DNA from: a virus
Taxonomy: Duplodnaviria > Caudoviricetes
Virus record (IMG/VR): IMGVR_UViG_3300012973_000013
Coordinates: 3,295 to 67,294 of that record
DNA: 64,000 bases
Strand: one strand, 5' to 3'
The position numbers and the translations under genes are program-made. Below the pieces are notes generated by a model. It had not been told where the DNA came from. It searched no databases and was given only the letters and a program-made list of their open reading frames with translations. The stretch's first letter is position 1. Every line of letters begins with the position of its first letter. Below are positions 42,649 through 52,700 of this stretch, one piece after another.

Positions 42649-43518
42649 TCAGCTAAACCGACCGATGTTGCGCTCGTAGTCGACGTCAGCGACTTCCTCG
42701 GGATCGCGCCCGGACTTCGCGACGTTTTCGCCAAAGGCGCGGAAGATCCTGAAATTTGTGTTTGCGTGCTGATCGGGATTGCTCAGACCCCACAGCGACT
42801 GCGTCACGCCGAGGTGGCCCAGCTTTGCAGAGAAATCACCAGTGTTGTTCCCCTCGTCCGCCCGGGAATCTGACAGAACTCCAAGGCTATCGCGCCAGCG
42901 TAGCCTCGCGCCCGAGCCATTACGCCAGAACGCTAGCTGCCCGATCCTTCCGTAGTGACCGGAGATATTGAAAAACCGCGTATCGACGTCGGTGCCGCCA
43001 TCGAGTTGCCTGCGGCTGGTCAGGTAGTCATTGCCACCGGACGTCCAGAATCCCATCGTCAGCAGGTCGACCTCAGGACCGACATAGCCTTGGCTGGTGG
43101 CCGTCCAGCAGATCACGGGGCGCGTCCCCGTCGCAGGCCAGTCGGATTCCGTCAGAAGGCGCAGGTAGACGCAGACGAGGAAGTGCTGATCCCCCTCGCC
43201 GCCATCCCAGATGTCCGCCGCGAAGTTGGCCGGGATCGTGACTTCAACCGGTTTGGACGTGACCGAGTTGAAAGCCATGCCTCCGCCGATGAGCGACACG
43301 GCCTGACCCGAAAAGATGTCGACGGCCCCGTCGGCCGTCTCGCTGATGTCCGGGACGACGTCGCCATCGACCGGGGCGACACCAGAGGGCCAGCCGTAGC
43401 GGTGGCCGAAGTCGTAAAGGAAGCCGACGCCGCCATTAGAGTCCCGAAGCAGTGCGTCACGGACGAGCGCCGGGGAGCCGGGAGGAGCCTCCCGGTCGGT
43501 ATGGATCACCACTGTCAT
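42649..43518 (-). CDS. Tail fibre-associated protein
   Basis: Operonic position directly after the main fibre; beta-rich composition. Confidence 0.55.
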   Translation of the reverse strand: MTVVIHTDREAPPGSPALVRDALLRDSNGGVGFLYDFGHRYGWPSGVAPVDGDVVPDISETADGAVDIFSGQAVSLIGGGMAFNSVTSKPVEVTIPANFAADIWDGGEGDQHFLVCVYLRLLTESDWPATGTRPVICWTATSQGYVGPEVDLLTMGFWTSGGNDYLTSRRQLDGGTDVDTRFFNISGHYGRIGQLAFWRNGSGARLRWRDSLGVLSDSRADEGNNTGDFSAKLGHLGVTQSLWGLSNPDQHANTNFRIFRAFGENVAKSGRDPEEVADVDYERNIGRFS

Positions 43519-43529
43519 TGGATCGCCTC

Positions 43530-45605
43530 TCAGCGTGTCGTCAGGAGGCGCCGCAGCACCCCGGAAATCACTTTGCCGCCGTCGCCGAAGCCGACCTCAC
43601 CGGTCGCGCTCGGATGAGCCCCGTCCGCTCCGAGCCATTTCCGCGAGGATGCCCAGTTGTACTGGCTCACCGTGTCGCCGAAGTAGCCCTGCAGATCCAA
43701 GAACGCGCACTTCTTGTCGACAGCAACCGCACGCGCATAGTCGGCAAAATCAAACATTGACGTAGATCGACCGAGCGCATTTTCTGGCGGCATCATAATG
43801 AGGACATCAGCCAGAGGGTCGACGACCCGAAGCCGGTCCGTCATGCTGGCGGTGCGGCTTCCGAACTCAGATGGCGCGATGCTGGCTTGGTCGTTCGTCC
43901 CGAACATGGAGATGATGAGCTTCGGCGCCATCGGCGTGATGCCGGACACCCACTCGGTTTCATCTTCTTCGAGGTACTGGCCGAGGTTCGCGCCGGACCT
44001 CGCGATCTTGTCGACGCGGACGCCGGAGCCGGAGCCCTTCGCGAACACACCGGTCAGGTCGACCGTGCCGTCGACAACCTCGATGCGGAGGGTAGTCGCG
44101 CCCGTCGGCATCCCCGTAAGGGTCACGAGATCGAGCGTGCCGTCGCCGGTCAGATCGAGCGTCGTCCACGACCCGCTATCCCAGCGGTAGCGAGCCTCGC
44201 CGTCCTCGGTGCCGAGGAAATAGAGGATCGCGGTCCCATTCCCGGCCGGATAGGCGATGGTGACCGGCGCCCCCGGCGTAGACGACCGAACCTTGCCACC
44301 ATCAGGCGTGGCGTAGCCCCGCCACGTCGGCGTCCAGTCGTCGGCACTGATGGTCAGGACGACATCGTCGCGCGCGTTTTTGTGTGCCTTGAGCGGCGTG
44401 TCGTCCTCGCCCCACGCAAATCCGGTGTAGCCCGCACCGGCATCGCCGAATTCGGCCTGCAGCTGCAATGTCAGCGCCTGGAGCCAGTATCGCTCGTTGT
44501 CGCTCCAGCTATCCCCGACCACGAGGATGGGCAGCTGCTTGACCACCCCGGCCTGGATGGACGCGATGGCATGGCGGGTCTGCCGCAGATACCAGTCGCC
44601 GAAGATCGGGCCGACCGGCTCGGAAGAACCGCCGCCGCCACCACCGCCGCCGCTGTCGATGTCCGACCAGACGATGTTGCCGTCCGGGTCGACCACGACG
44701 ATGTTGCCGTTCGATCCGTCGTCCCGATAATCCGGGTCGATCGCCGCCTCGAAGGGGCCTACGCGCGCGCTCACCACCGCCTTGGTGGTGAGCGGCGTCA
44801 TCAGGTCGGCGGCCGTGTTGGCCGTGCCAGCCAGCGCTTCCTCGACCGTCGCGACGTCGATGCCGAGATCCGCGATGGCCGGGTTGACGACCGGCTTGCC
44901 GTTGGCGCGCTGATAGACGGCGCAGATCCACGCATCCTCGCCGCCGCTGATCGAAATGAAAATGCCAGTGTCGTTGGCGGCGCGCGTGATGTTTGCGCCA
45001 CCCGGGAGGAGCAGCGTGGTCCCGTTGTGCGTGATCGTGCCGGCCCCGAGAAACCGCACCACCCGCGTCGCACCCGGCGTGGCGACCCCCAGAGCGTTGA
45101 TCGTCGCCGTGCCGGACACCTGCACGAATTTGCCGGTCGCTCCGGCGATATTTGTGGTCGAGGCTGACGCGATGTTGGTGGCGCGGGCTTCCTCGAAGTC
45201 GATCGCGGCTTTCAGCAGAGCGTCCGCCGCGTCGGCGTAGGCGGTCGTGGCAAGGCGGGTGCTGTTGTTCCCGGCCGTCTGCGTGGGCGCGGTCGGATCG
45301 CCCGTGAGGGCCGGCGAGGCGAGCGGCGCCTTCAAGTCGATCGCGGCCTGGAGCAGCGCCTTGTGGCTGTGCACGAACGCCGTCGTCGAGATGCGCGTGC
45401 TGTTGTTGCTGTCGCTCTGCGTCGGGGCGGTCGGATTGCCCGTCAGTTCCGCGTTGTTGAGCGGCGCCTTGGTGCCGAGTGACGTTTCCGCGGCCGCGAT
45501 CCGGCCCGTCAGGCTTTCAATTTCCTCGGCGACGTCCGCCGCAAACGCGCGCTTGGACACGCTCGGGTTAGCTTCAGCGGTCGGAGTCGTGCCGTTCGCA
45601 GCCAT
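43530..45605 (-). CDS. Tail fibre/spike with fibre repeats and a C-terminal SGNH esterase domain
   Basis: Two APL.S/N..LTG.PTAPTQ...NNSTR..TTA repeats; VVGDSWS, MFGTND, DGAHPS. Confidence 0.82.
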   Translation of the reverse strand: MAANGTTPTAEANPSVSKRAFAADVAEEIESLTGRIAAAETSLGTKAPLNNAELTGNPTAPTQSDSNNSTRISTTAFVHSHKALLQAAIDLKAPLASPALTGDPTAPTQTAGNNSTRLATTAYADAADALLKAAIDFEEARATNIASASTTNIAGATGKFVQVSGTATINALGVATPGATRVVRFLGAGTITHNGTTLLLPGGANITRAANDTGIFISISGGEDAWICAVYQRANGKPVVNPAIADLGIDVATVEEALAGTANTAADLMTPLTTKAVVSARVGPFEAAIDPDYRDDGSNGNIVVVDPDGNIVWSDIDSGGGGGGGGSSEPVGPIFGDWYLRQTRHAIASIQAGVVKQLPILVVGDSWSDNERYWLQALTLQLQAEFGDAGAGYTGFAWGEDDTPLKAHKNARDDVVLTISADDWTPTWRGYATPDGGKVRSSTPGAPVTIAYPAGNGTAILYFLGTEDGEARYRWDSGSWTTLDLTGDGTLDLVTLTGMPTGATTLRIEVVDGTVDLTGVFAKGSGSGVRVDKIARSGANLGQYLEEDETEWVSGITPMAPKLIISMFGTNDQASIAPSEFGSRTASMTDRLRVVDPLADVLIMMPPENALGRSTSMFDFADYARAVAVDKKCAFLDLQGYFGDTVSQYNWASSRKWLGADGAHPSATGEVGFGDGGKVISGVLRRLLTTR

Positions 45606-45649
45606 GACAGCTCCGTGAAATCAATCGGTTGATGGAAGGGATGGAGCCG

Positions 45650-48487
45650 TCAGGCCCAGAGCGATGGCGCTTCGTCGACCAGCTCGAGGTCCCACGTCAG
45701 ATCGTCAGCAGGCACCGCCGCCGCGATGATGCAGCGCCGCGCCGGGACCACGCCGGACGTCACGAGACAGCCGGCCACGAGGGTGTCGCCGGGGTCATCA
45801 AACGGCGTGGCGAAGTCGATGCGGTTCCGGTCGGCGCCGGACGGGCCACCCTCGACGGTCAGGATCGTGCCGTCCGTCAGGCGGATCGACACGACGAGTG
45901 GCGTCGACAGCCCGAACAGCGAGGTATCGCCGTCGAACATCGGATCATCCGGGTCCTCGCCGAAGAACGGCTCCTCCGGGTCACCCTCGGGGAACATCGG
46001 ATCGTCTGGATCGTCACCGAAGAACGGCTCGTCGGCATCAAGGCCGTCCTCGCCGAACAGCGGTCCCGCGATCTTCTCGTGGATCATGTCGTCGAGAAGC
46101 AGCGACGTGATCTGGTCGCTGGTGTTGACTTCCTTCGAGACCACCCTGCCCTGACTGACGTACCGGGCGACGATATCGCTCTGCAGCGCCACCAGATCCC
46201 CGCGTCGGCAGGTCAGCGCCTCGACGGGCGCCCGCAGCCGGTAGGTCCGGGAACGGAGCCGGGATTGCTTCAGGTCGAACGCTGCCCGCGCCTCGACGAG
46301 CGACTGTTTCGTCAGGCCGTCGTAGGTGATTTCCTCAAAGATCGACGCCGCGACATTGCCGCCGGAGCCGTCGGCGTTGTAGCCCTCGTCATAGACGGTG
46401 ACGAACGTCTCGCGGTAGTCCATAGCCTCGGCCCGGAACCGGGCGATGAACGCGTGTGGCCGAGCCGGGAACACCTTGCTGATGGCGTGATCCGCCGTGT
46501 TCCGGTGCGACAGCAACTGCACCGGAGCGTCGCCGCTGCGGTCCTTGTCCTCGATGACGCCCCAGATCTCCGACTTGTACGGCCGGGCGTAGCCGGCAGC
46601 CGCAATCAGCCCAAGCGCAGCATCGACACTCATTCCGCTCAGGACGGCGGAGATCTCCAGCCCGTCCGTGGCGCAGCGGTCCCGCCACGCCAGCAGCGCC
46701 GCATTGTCGACCCTAGCCTCTGGCAGAGTGCGGGCGTTGAGAGGCCCACGCAGCACGTCGCGGAAGTGCGGCGCCGGGTTCTTCGTCGTCTTCCAGTCCG
46801 TCCACGCCTCGTCTTCGTCGTCCCAGTCCCGGACGTAGCCCGAGAACAGTGCCGTCACCGGCTGGACGTTGCGGTTTTTTGCCTTGATCGCGATCAATGC
46901 GCAGCCGGTGCCGTTCACCGGAGGCGAGTTCCGCACCGAGGAAATCCGGGCGACATGCGCAGCCTGATAGAGGCCGAGTTGCGTCCGCGGCGCCTTGTGG
47001 ACACCGGTGTCCGTCCAGTAGTCGAACAGGGTCGGCGCCGACGTGCCGGTGTAGCCATCCGTGACATAGCCTGCCGGGTCGCCAACGCCAGAGCCGTCAG
47101 AACCGACGCGGGTGATCGAACCCTTCTTGATCTCGATGTCATAGATGGCCTTGTCGAAACCGGCTCCGGTCTGGAGATAGACGATCGCCTCGTGGCGCTT
47201 CAGGATCAGGTTCTGGACGCCGGTCGCGCCGTAGTTCGTGGCGTCGACATAGCGGGCGCCGGAGCCGCCGTAGAAGTGGCTATCCGCCTCCCAATCGTTC
47301 GGACCGGACAGAGCGCCGACCTGCGTGAAAGCCTGTCGGAAGCCGCGATCATCAGGCGGGGCCGTGGGGGTAGGCGCGCTATCCCACACGATTTTCACGC
47401 AGCGCCGAACCATTCCCGAGCGGCGGTTGACGATGTGAAGTTCGGGGAGGTTGATCCATGTGCTGTCGCCGCGCTCGCGGATGCGGATGCGAAGCGGCAA
47501 CACCATGAAGTTGTTGACCGATGTATCTCCTGATGTGTCGTAGATACCCTCGGGAAACATGAAGTTGATCCAGATTTCGTCGCAGGACATCCGTGAGGTA
47601 AAAGCGTGCCACTGCGGCGCCGCTGCACTCGGGTTGCTCTGGTCGATAAGGACCTGTGGTTCCTCGTCATCTGTCCTGAAGCCCGTCAATTCGACGGTTG
47701 GAGCCTCGGTGTGCGCGTAGCGCGTGATCAGGGAGAGCGGCTCGTCATCGTTCCAGCCCTCGCGGGTCTGGACGTTGAAATCCTCGATACGATCCTCGTC
47801 GACATCGCCGACCCGGATCGCCTCGATCTTGTGCGGGCCGGCGAGGCCGTAGACGACCTCGACGAACTCGTCGTCGCCGCGAAGCTCGATCAGCGGCTGC
47901 GTCAGAGCCGGCGGGGCGAACCGCAACGACCCCACGACGCGCGGAAGTGGGCCGCCCGGGGCCGCGACGTTGGCCGAGGCCGAGGCCGTGCCGCCCTTTT
48001 CGCGGTCCGGCGACTGCATGGAAGCCGGAGGCGGAGCGAGTGCGGAGACAGCAAGCCCGCCGGCAAGGCCGACCGCCGCGCCAGCAGCCGTCGCGCCCCA
48101 TGTGCCGGCAGCAAAACCCTCGCCCAGAAGAGCGAGGCCGGCCGGGCCGAGCGCTCCACCGGAGACAGCTGCCGCTGCAATCACGACCGCCAGCGACGCG
48201 ACCGTCGTCAGGACGTTTTTGGCGCCACCACCGCCACGACCGCCACCACCAGGGACGAGGCGGAGCACCACTTTCGTGCCCGCTTTCGGACGGACGAGCC
48301 GCCAGAAATCCCGGTCGATCGGGGCCCCGTTCAGATAGGCGGTGCCGACCTCCAGGAACCGGGCGTGCGGCAGGCTGCCGAACAGCGCAGCGCAATCAGC
48401 CAGCGTTTTCCCGGCCGGGATCGCTGCCGTAATCCCCTCCGTCGAGAAAGGATCACGCGACCAGGTCGCCTCGAACGTGGCGATCAT
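45650..48487 (-). CDS. Central tail/host-specificity protein (GpI-GpJ-like)
   Basis: N-terminal ubiquitin-like GpI region and TM-like stretch, GGPLPRVVG, TKNPA...RGD.V.L; start trimmed to MIATFE. Confidence 0.8.
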   Translation of the reverse strand: MIATFEATWSRDPFSTEGITAAIPAGKTLADCAALFGSLPHARFLEVGTAYLNGAPIDRDFWRLVRPKAGTKVVLRLVPGGGGRGGGGAKNVLTTVASLAVVIAAAAVSGGALGPAGLALLGEGFAAGTWGATAAGAAVGLAGGLAVSALAPPPASMQSPDREKGGTASASANVAAPGGPLPRVVGSLRFAPPALTQPLIELRGDDEFVEVVYGLAGPHKIEAIRVGDVDEDRIEDFNVQTREGWNDDEPLSLITRYAHTEAPTVELTGFRTDDEEPQVLIDQSNPSAAAPQWHAFTSRMSCDEIWINFMFPEGIYDTSGDTSVNNFMVLPLRIRIRERGDSTWINLPELHIVNRRSGMVRRCVKIVWDSAPTPTAPPDDRGFRQAFTQVGALSGPNDWEADSHFYGGSGARYVDATNYGATGVQNLILKRHEAIVYLQTGAGFDKAIYDIEIKKGSITRVGSDGSGVGDPAGYVTDGYTGTSAPTLFDYWTDTGVHKAPRTQLGLYQAAHVARISSVRNSPPVNGTGCALIAIKAKNRNVQPVTALFSGYVRDWDDEDEAWTDWKTTKNPAPHFRDVLRGPLNARTLPEARVDNAALLAWRDRCATDGLEISAVLSGMSVDAALGLIAAAGYARPYKSEIWGVIEDKDRSGDAPVQLLSHRNTADHAISKVFPARPHAFIARFRAEAMDYRETFVTVYDEGYNADGSGGNVAASIFEEITYDGLTKQSLVEARAAFDLKQSRLRSRTYRLRAPVEALTCRRGDLVALQSDIVARYVSQGRVVSKEVNTSDQITSLLLDDMIHEKIAGPLFGEDGLDADEPFFGDDPDDPMFPEGDPEEPFFGEDPDDPMFDGDTSLFGLSTPLVVSIRLTDGTILTVEGGPSGADRNRIDFATPFDDPGDTLVAGCLVTSGVVPARRCIIAAAVPADDLTWDLELVDEAPSLWA

Positions 48488-48900
48488 GCCAGCGCGTCGT
48501 GCCTGTAGATACCGACGATCCGGTGCCGCAGCGCCCGGTCGTCCATGCGCATGATGGTCGACAAGGACGCCTCCTGCGCGTGCAGCACCAAGCCCGGCGA
48601 GACGACGATTCCGACGTGCGCCGGAAGCCGGCGATCCGTCATCACGACAACATCGAGCGGACGTTCCGCCCCGGCCGGCACCAGCGTCGTCCACGGCGGG
48701 ATCAACAGGGCCTCGCCGATCCGGCGCAGCACCCGGTGCAGATCGTCTGCCGCCACCGTGTCGTGGCTCGGCAGGTCGATGCCGGCGACGTCGCGGTAGA
48801 TCAGCCTCGTCAGCCCCCAGCAGTCGACGCCGCTCCGATCACGGCCGCCGCTCACAAACGGCAGCCCGACGTAGCGCTCCGCCCAGCGAGTGCCGGTCAA
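48484..48900 (-). CDS. Tail-associated NlpC/P60 peptidase
   Basis: YVGLPFVSGGRDRSGVDCWGL...HVGIVV...LHA. Confidence 0.9.
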   Translation of the reverse strand: MTGTRWAERYVGLPFVSGGRDRSGVDCWGLTRLIYRDVAGIDLPSHDTVAADDLHRVLRRIGEALLIPPWTTLVPAGAERPLDVVVMTDRRLPAHVGIVVSPGLVLHAQEASLSTIMRMDDRALRHRIVGIYRHDALA

Positions 48901-49406
48901 AGGAACAGCCCCGGCGCCATGTCCTGCGTCGCTAGCGTTTTGGGCCACGGCTCGGCGCCGTAGTCCCGGAGGATCAGCGACCCGCCAACCATCTCCGACG
49001 TGATTTCGATCTCGACGAATTCCAGGTCACCGGCCTCGTATTCGACGTCTGGCGTTCCCGTCGGTGTCCGCGGATCCACCGTCAGGTCGAAGTCGCCGCT
49101 GTCGTAGATCCGGGCCGTCACCGTGGGAGAGCCGGTCAGACCCTCCACAGCTAGGCCGACGCGGCGGTCGACGTTCTGAACCGACAGCCGGGCCTCTGGC
49201 GTCCCGTCCGTGTCGGAGACCAATTCGATCTGAAACGGTGCGCCGAAGTAGCGCTCACCGCCGATGAGGAAATCCCTCGTGTCGTTGATGACCCGGATCG
49301 GCTTATCCAGTTCATCGTGCTCGAAGATCAGCGCGACCAGCACGATACGGCCGGAGGCTTCCGCCTCGATCGCTCGGCGGAAGCTGTTCGTAATCGGGCG
49401 GGGCAT
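48897..49406 (-). CDS. DUF1833-family minor tail protein
   Basis: EH.ELDKPIRVINDTRD...PFQIEL...ARLSVQNVDR. Confidence 0.8.
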   Translation of the reverse strand: MPRPITNSFRRAIEAEASGRIVLVALIFEHDELDKPIRVINDTRDFLIGGERYFGAPFQIELVSDTDGTPEARLSVQNVDRRVGLAVEGLTGSPTVTARIYDSGDFDLTVDPRTPTGTPDVEYEAGDLEFVEIEITSEMVGGSLILRDYGAEPWPKTLATQDMAPGLFL

Positions 49407-49409
49407 GGA

Positions 49410-49766
49410 TCAGAGCCGCTGCAGAACGACCGAAACGACGAAGGTGTCCGGGCCGAGGTTCGTGATGCTTGGCGCCTCGCCCACCGCAATCTTGAAATCT
49501 GCGCTCGCCTGCAGCAGCTCGTCGAAGTAGGTGAAGGGCAGCGAGCCCATCTCCAGATCGTCTTTCAGGAACGCGCGGAAGGTCAGGACCTGCGCCCGCG
49601 TCATCCACCACGACTTTTCCACGAGGTCCGGCACGTACGAGGACCGCCGCCGCGTCATCGAGGGGCCGGTATCCGGCGAAAACGACACGACGCCGAGCCC
49701 AACGCTGTCCCGCCACCCGTCTCGCCCGGAGATGGATGGAAGCGTCGCCGGCCACGGGGTCGCCAT
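49410..49766 (-). CDS. Distal tail protein
   Basis: WPATLP...FSPDTGPSMTRRRS...F..F...L..GSLPF; follows the tape measure. Confidence 0.7.
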   Translation of the reverse strand: MATPWPATLPSISGRDGWRDSVGLGVVSFSPDTGPSMTRRRSSYVPDLVEKSWWMTRAQVLTFRAFLKDDLEMGSLPFTYFDELLQASADFKIAVGEAPSITNLGPDTFVVSVVLQRL

Positions 49767-49767
49767 C

Positions 49768-52700
49768 TCAGGCGCGCCGCGTGTTCTGGACGGAAGCGCC
49801 AAACCGCGCCTTCATCGGGGCATCGTACTTGCCCTTCATCAGCGACTTGCCGATGTGGACGTCGATGATTTTCCCGATGTCGGTCTGGCGCTCCTCGGTC
49901 GCGACCTTCTCGCCCGACGAGTTGTAGATGTTCACCTGCGTCTCGCTGCTACGCGAGGCGCCGGAGGGGGCCATCGCCGCCATCTGCTCGCGGGTGAACA
50001 CGCCCTCCCCGCGTCGAAGAATGGCGGGCACCTCGTCGCCGGCGAGCCCGCCGGTGTGCATCCTGCGGGCGCCGGCGAAGACGTTGTCATTGACCGCGCG
50101 CATGGCCGCAGACGCACCGACAATGCCGCCAGTGTGCATGGTCGGCACGAGGTTGAGCGGCGCGGTGCTGCCGCCGAACAGGCTGGTGAAGAAGCCCCCG
50201 AGACCGCCCCCGCTCGGGGTGCCGCCGACGATGCTTGCGATGGCCTGGCCGAGCCCGCCGACCTGCGGCGTCGTGCTGGCGAGCGTGGCGCCGAGGCCCT
50301 GAAAGCTCTGTGTGGCGGTCTGCGCGGCCTGTGCGGCCTGAGCAGCAGCCGCGCCCATGTCGCCGGGACCACCGAACAGCGGCGCGCCTGAATAGACCGG
50401 CGGCGCCGGAGGGCCGAACTGGCCGAACGCGGCACCGAAGCGCGAGGGATCGGCCGGTGCCGGACCCGCGCGGGCGCCCCATGAATACGGGACCCACGCC
50501 GGATCTGCCGTCGGGTCGTTGCCGCGGTACTGTGTGAACTGCCCAAAGGCGCCGGCAAAGCGCGACGGGTCAGCCGGCGGGAGCGGCGGGCCGTAGGTGC
50601 CGTCATACGAGGGCGGCGCGTACTGATAGGATGGCTCGTAGCCCTCCCGTCCGATCGCACCTGCGGCGCCAGCCTGCGCGATGCCGGCGCCCATCGAGAC
50701 GACGTTCGGCACCCGAGCGCCGGGAGCATTGCTATTTGCGGCCGACGGGCCTCCGACCATGCCGGAGATCCACTGCCAGATCGGTCCGCCCGGGGAGGAT
50801 GCGATCCCACCCGGCGCATTCGGGTTGGCCGGCTGGAACAGTGCGTCGAGCGCCATGTCGAGCATGCGATCGGCGAGACGGTTCAGCGCATTCGCGAAGA
50901 TGGTTGCCGCATCAGCGCCGTTCCGCAGATCGGTGATCATCCCCTGCAGCATGGACCGGCCGGTCCGAGATGCCTCGTTGGTCTGGTCAAGGGCTTCCCG
51001 TCGATCGTATTCCGCCTGAGCGATTTTCGCGGCCGCCTCCGCACGCAGATCCGCTTCCTCGCGGATGCGTGCCATTTCCTGTTCAGTGACGACGCCATCG
51101 TTCTGCCGGGCGATGGTCAGTAGCTCGAGTTCGGCACGGTAGTGCTCGATCGCGTAAGCGGACTCGCCCCAGAGCGCGGCCTGCTCCTGCAGCACTTCGG
51201 TCTGCCGGCGGAATTCGTCCATCTGTGCGTTGAAATCCGTCTCCATCGGGAACGGATCTTCGGCGAGAGAGCGGAGCGGGCTCGGCTTCGGAAGGCGCAC
51301 CGACGCTTCGATCTCAGCCCGGCGGATCGCGGCGTCCGACCGACCGCGCGTGTCCGCATACTGTCGATAGCCGTCCAGAAGCGGAGTGCCGACCGACAGC
51401 CGATCAGCCTGCTCGCCGAGTGACTTGAATTGGGCTTCCACGTTAGCGAGCGGCCTGAGCAGCGCCGTAATTTCGATCGCCGCCTTGTCGAGCGCTCCCG
51501 AGAGGTCGGCCCGGGCAATCGCATTCACGGATTCGATCGCCGCCGCGAACTCCGGCCGGCCGGCCTGCATCGTCTGGCGAAGGCGAAGGATCGGCGCCTC
51601 AAACGCCGCGAACTCGGCATCGACGCGATACCGCATCGCCACTCGGTCGAGGGGCGCGCCGGCCTCGCGGCTCAGCAAGTTGCCGCCGACCGCGCCGAGG
51701 AAGTCACCAGCTCCACTGCGCATCAGCACCGCCGCCTCAGCGGCGCCACCGCGCGCCTGAACCAGCAGCGCCGTGCGGCTTGCGTCGGCATACTCGCGCA
51801 TGCCCTCAGCCGCCTCGCCGAACGCCTCCTTGAGGTCGCGGATCAACGCGGCATGCTTCTCCAGCGACTCATCGAGGGTCGGAGCACGGGACGCAAACGT
51901 CTCGTAGAGTGCTGTGGCCGCATAGGCAGCCGCGGTAAGCCCCGCCATCCAGAGCATCGTCGGATTGAGCAGGGCCGTCATAGCCTGGCCGAGGGCAGAG
52001 ATGGCCCCCTTGACGCCGCGGTTGCCCATGATCGCGGTGATCTGCTCGCCCTGAGACACCAGCACCATGAACGGGGACTGGCCCATCGCCAGCATCGTGC
52101 CGACGTCGCCGATCTGGCGGGAGAGGTTCGCGGCTTCGTGCGTGCTGAGCTTGATGCCGTCTGCCGCCTGCATCGCGGCGGGGCCGGTCGCTGACAGCGC
52201 GCTGTTCATGGACGCAATACGACGGGAAGCGTCGCCCTCTACCATAGCGGTTCGGCCCATCGACCCCATCGCCGCGAAGCCCGACGCGATCTTGCCTTGG
52301 TCTACCGCCGCACGAGCTCGTGTCGTCGCGGCCGCCAACTCCTGCGTAGTGATGACGCCGGCCGACGCCATCCGCTGGTATTCAGCGATTTCTCGGGTCA
52401 TCCGGTCGAATGCCGCGCCGGTGGGGTCCAACTCTCCACGCAACCTTGCTGCGGCGGCGGCCAGCCGCTCAGACTCGCGGCGGCCTTCCTCAAACACGGC
52501 CGCCGACGCGCTCGCCGTTCCAGCCCCGCGCCCGTAACCAAATCTATCGGCCATCGCCTGCTGCGACGTAGCCGCGTGCTGCGCGGCCCTCGCCTTGGCG
52601 ATCTCGTCCTGACGGGCGACCTCTGCCTCAAGTGCTGAATACGTGGCACCCCGCGAGGTGGCGGCCGCGCCGCCGATGCCCATGCGGCGGTTGAGTTCAG

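Noticed and set aside
43530-45605. Diversity-generating retroelement target in the tail fibre
   Set aside because: No reverse transcriptase gene and no template/variable repeat pair found.
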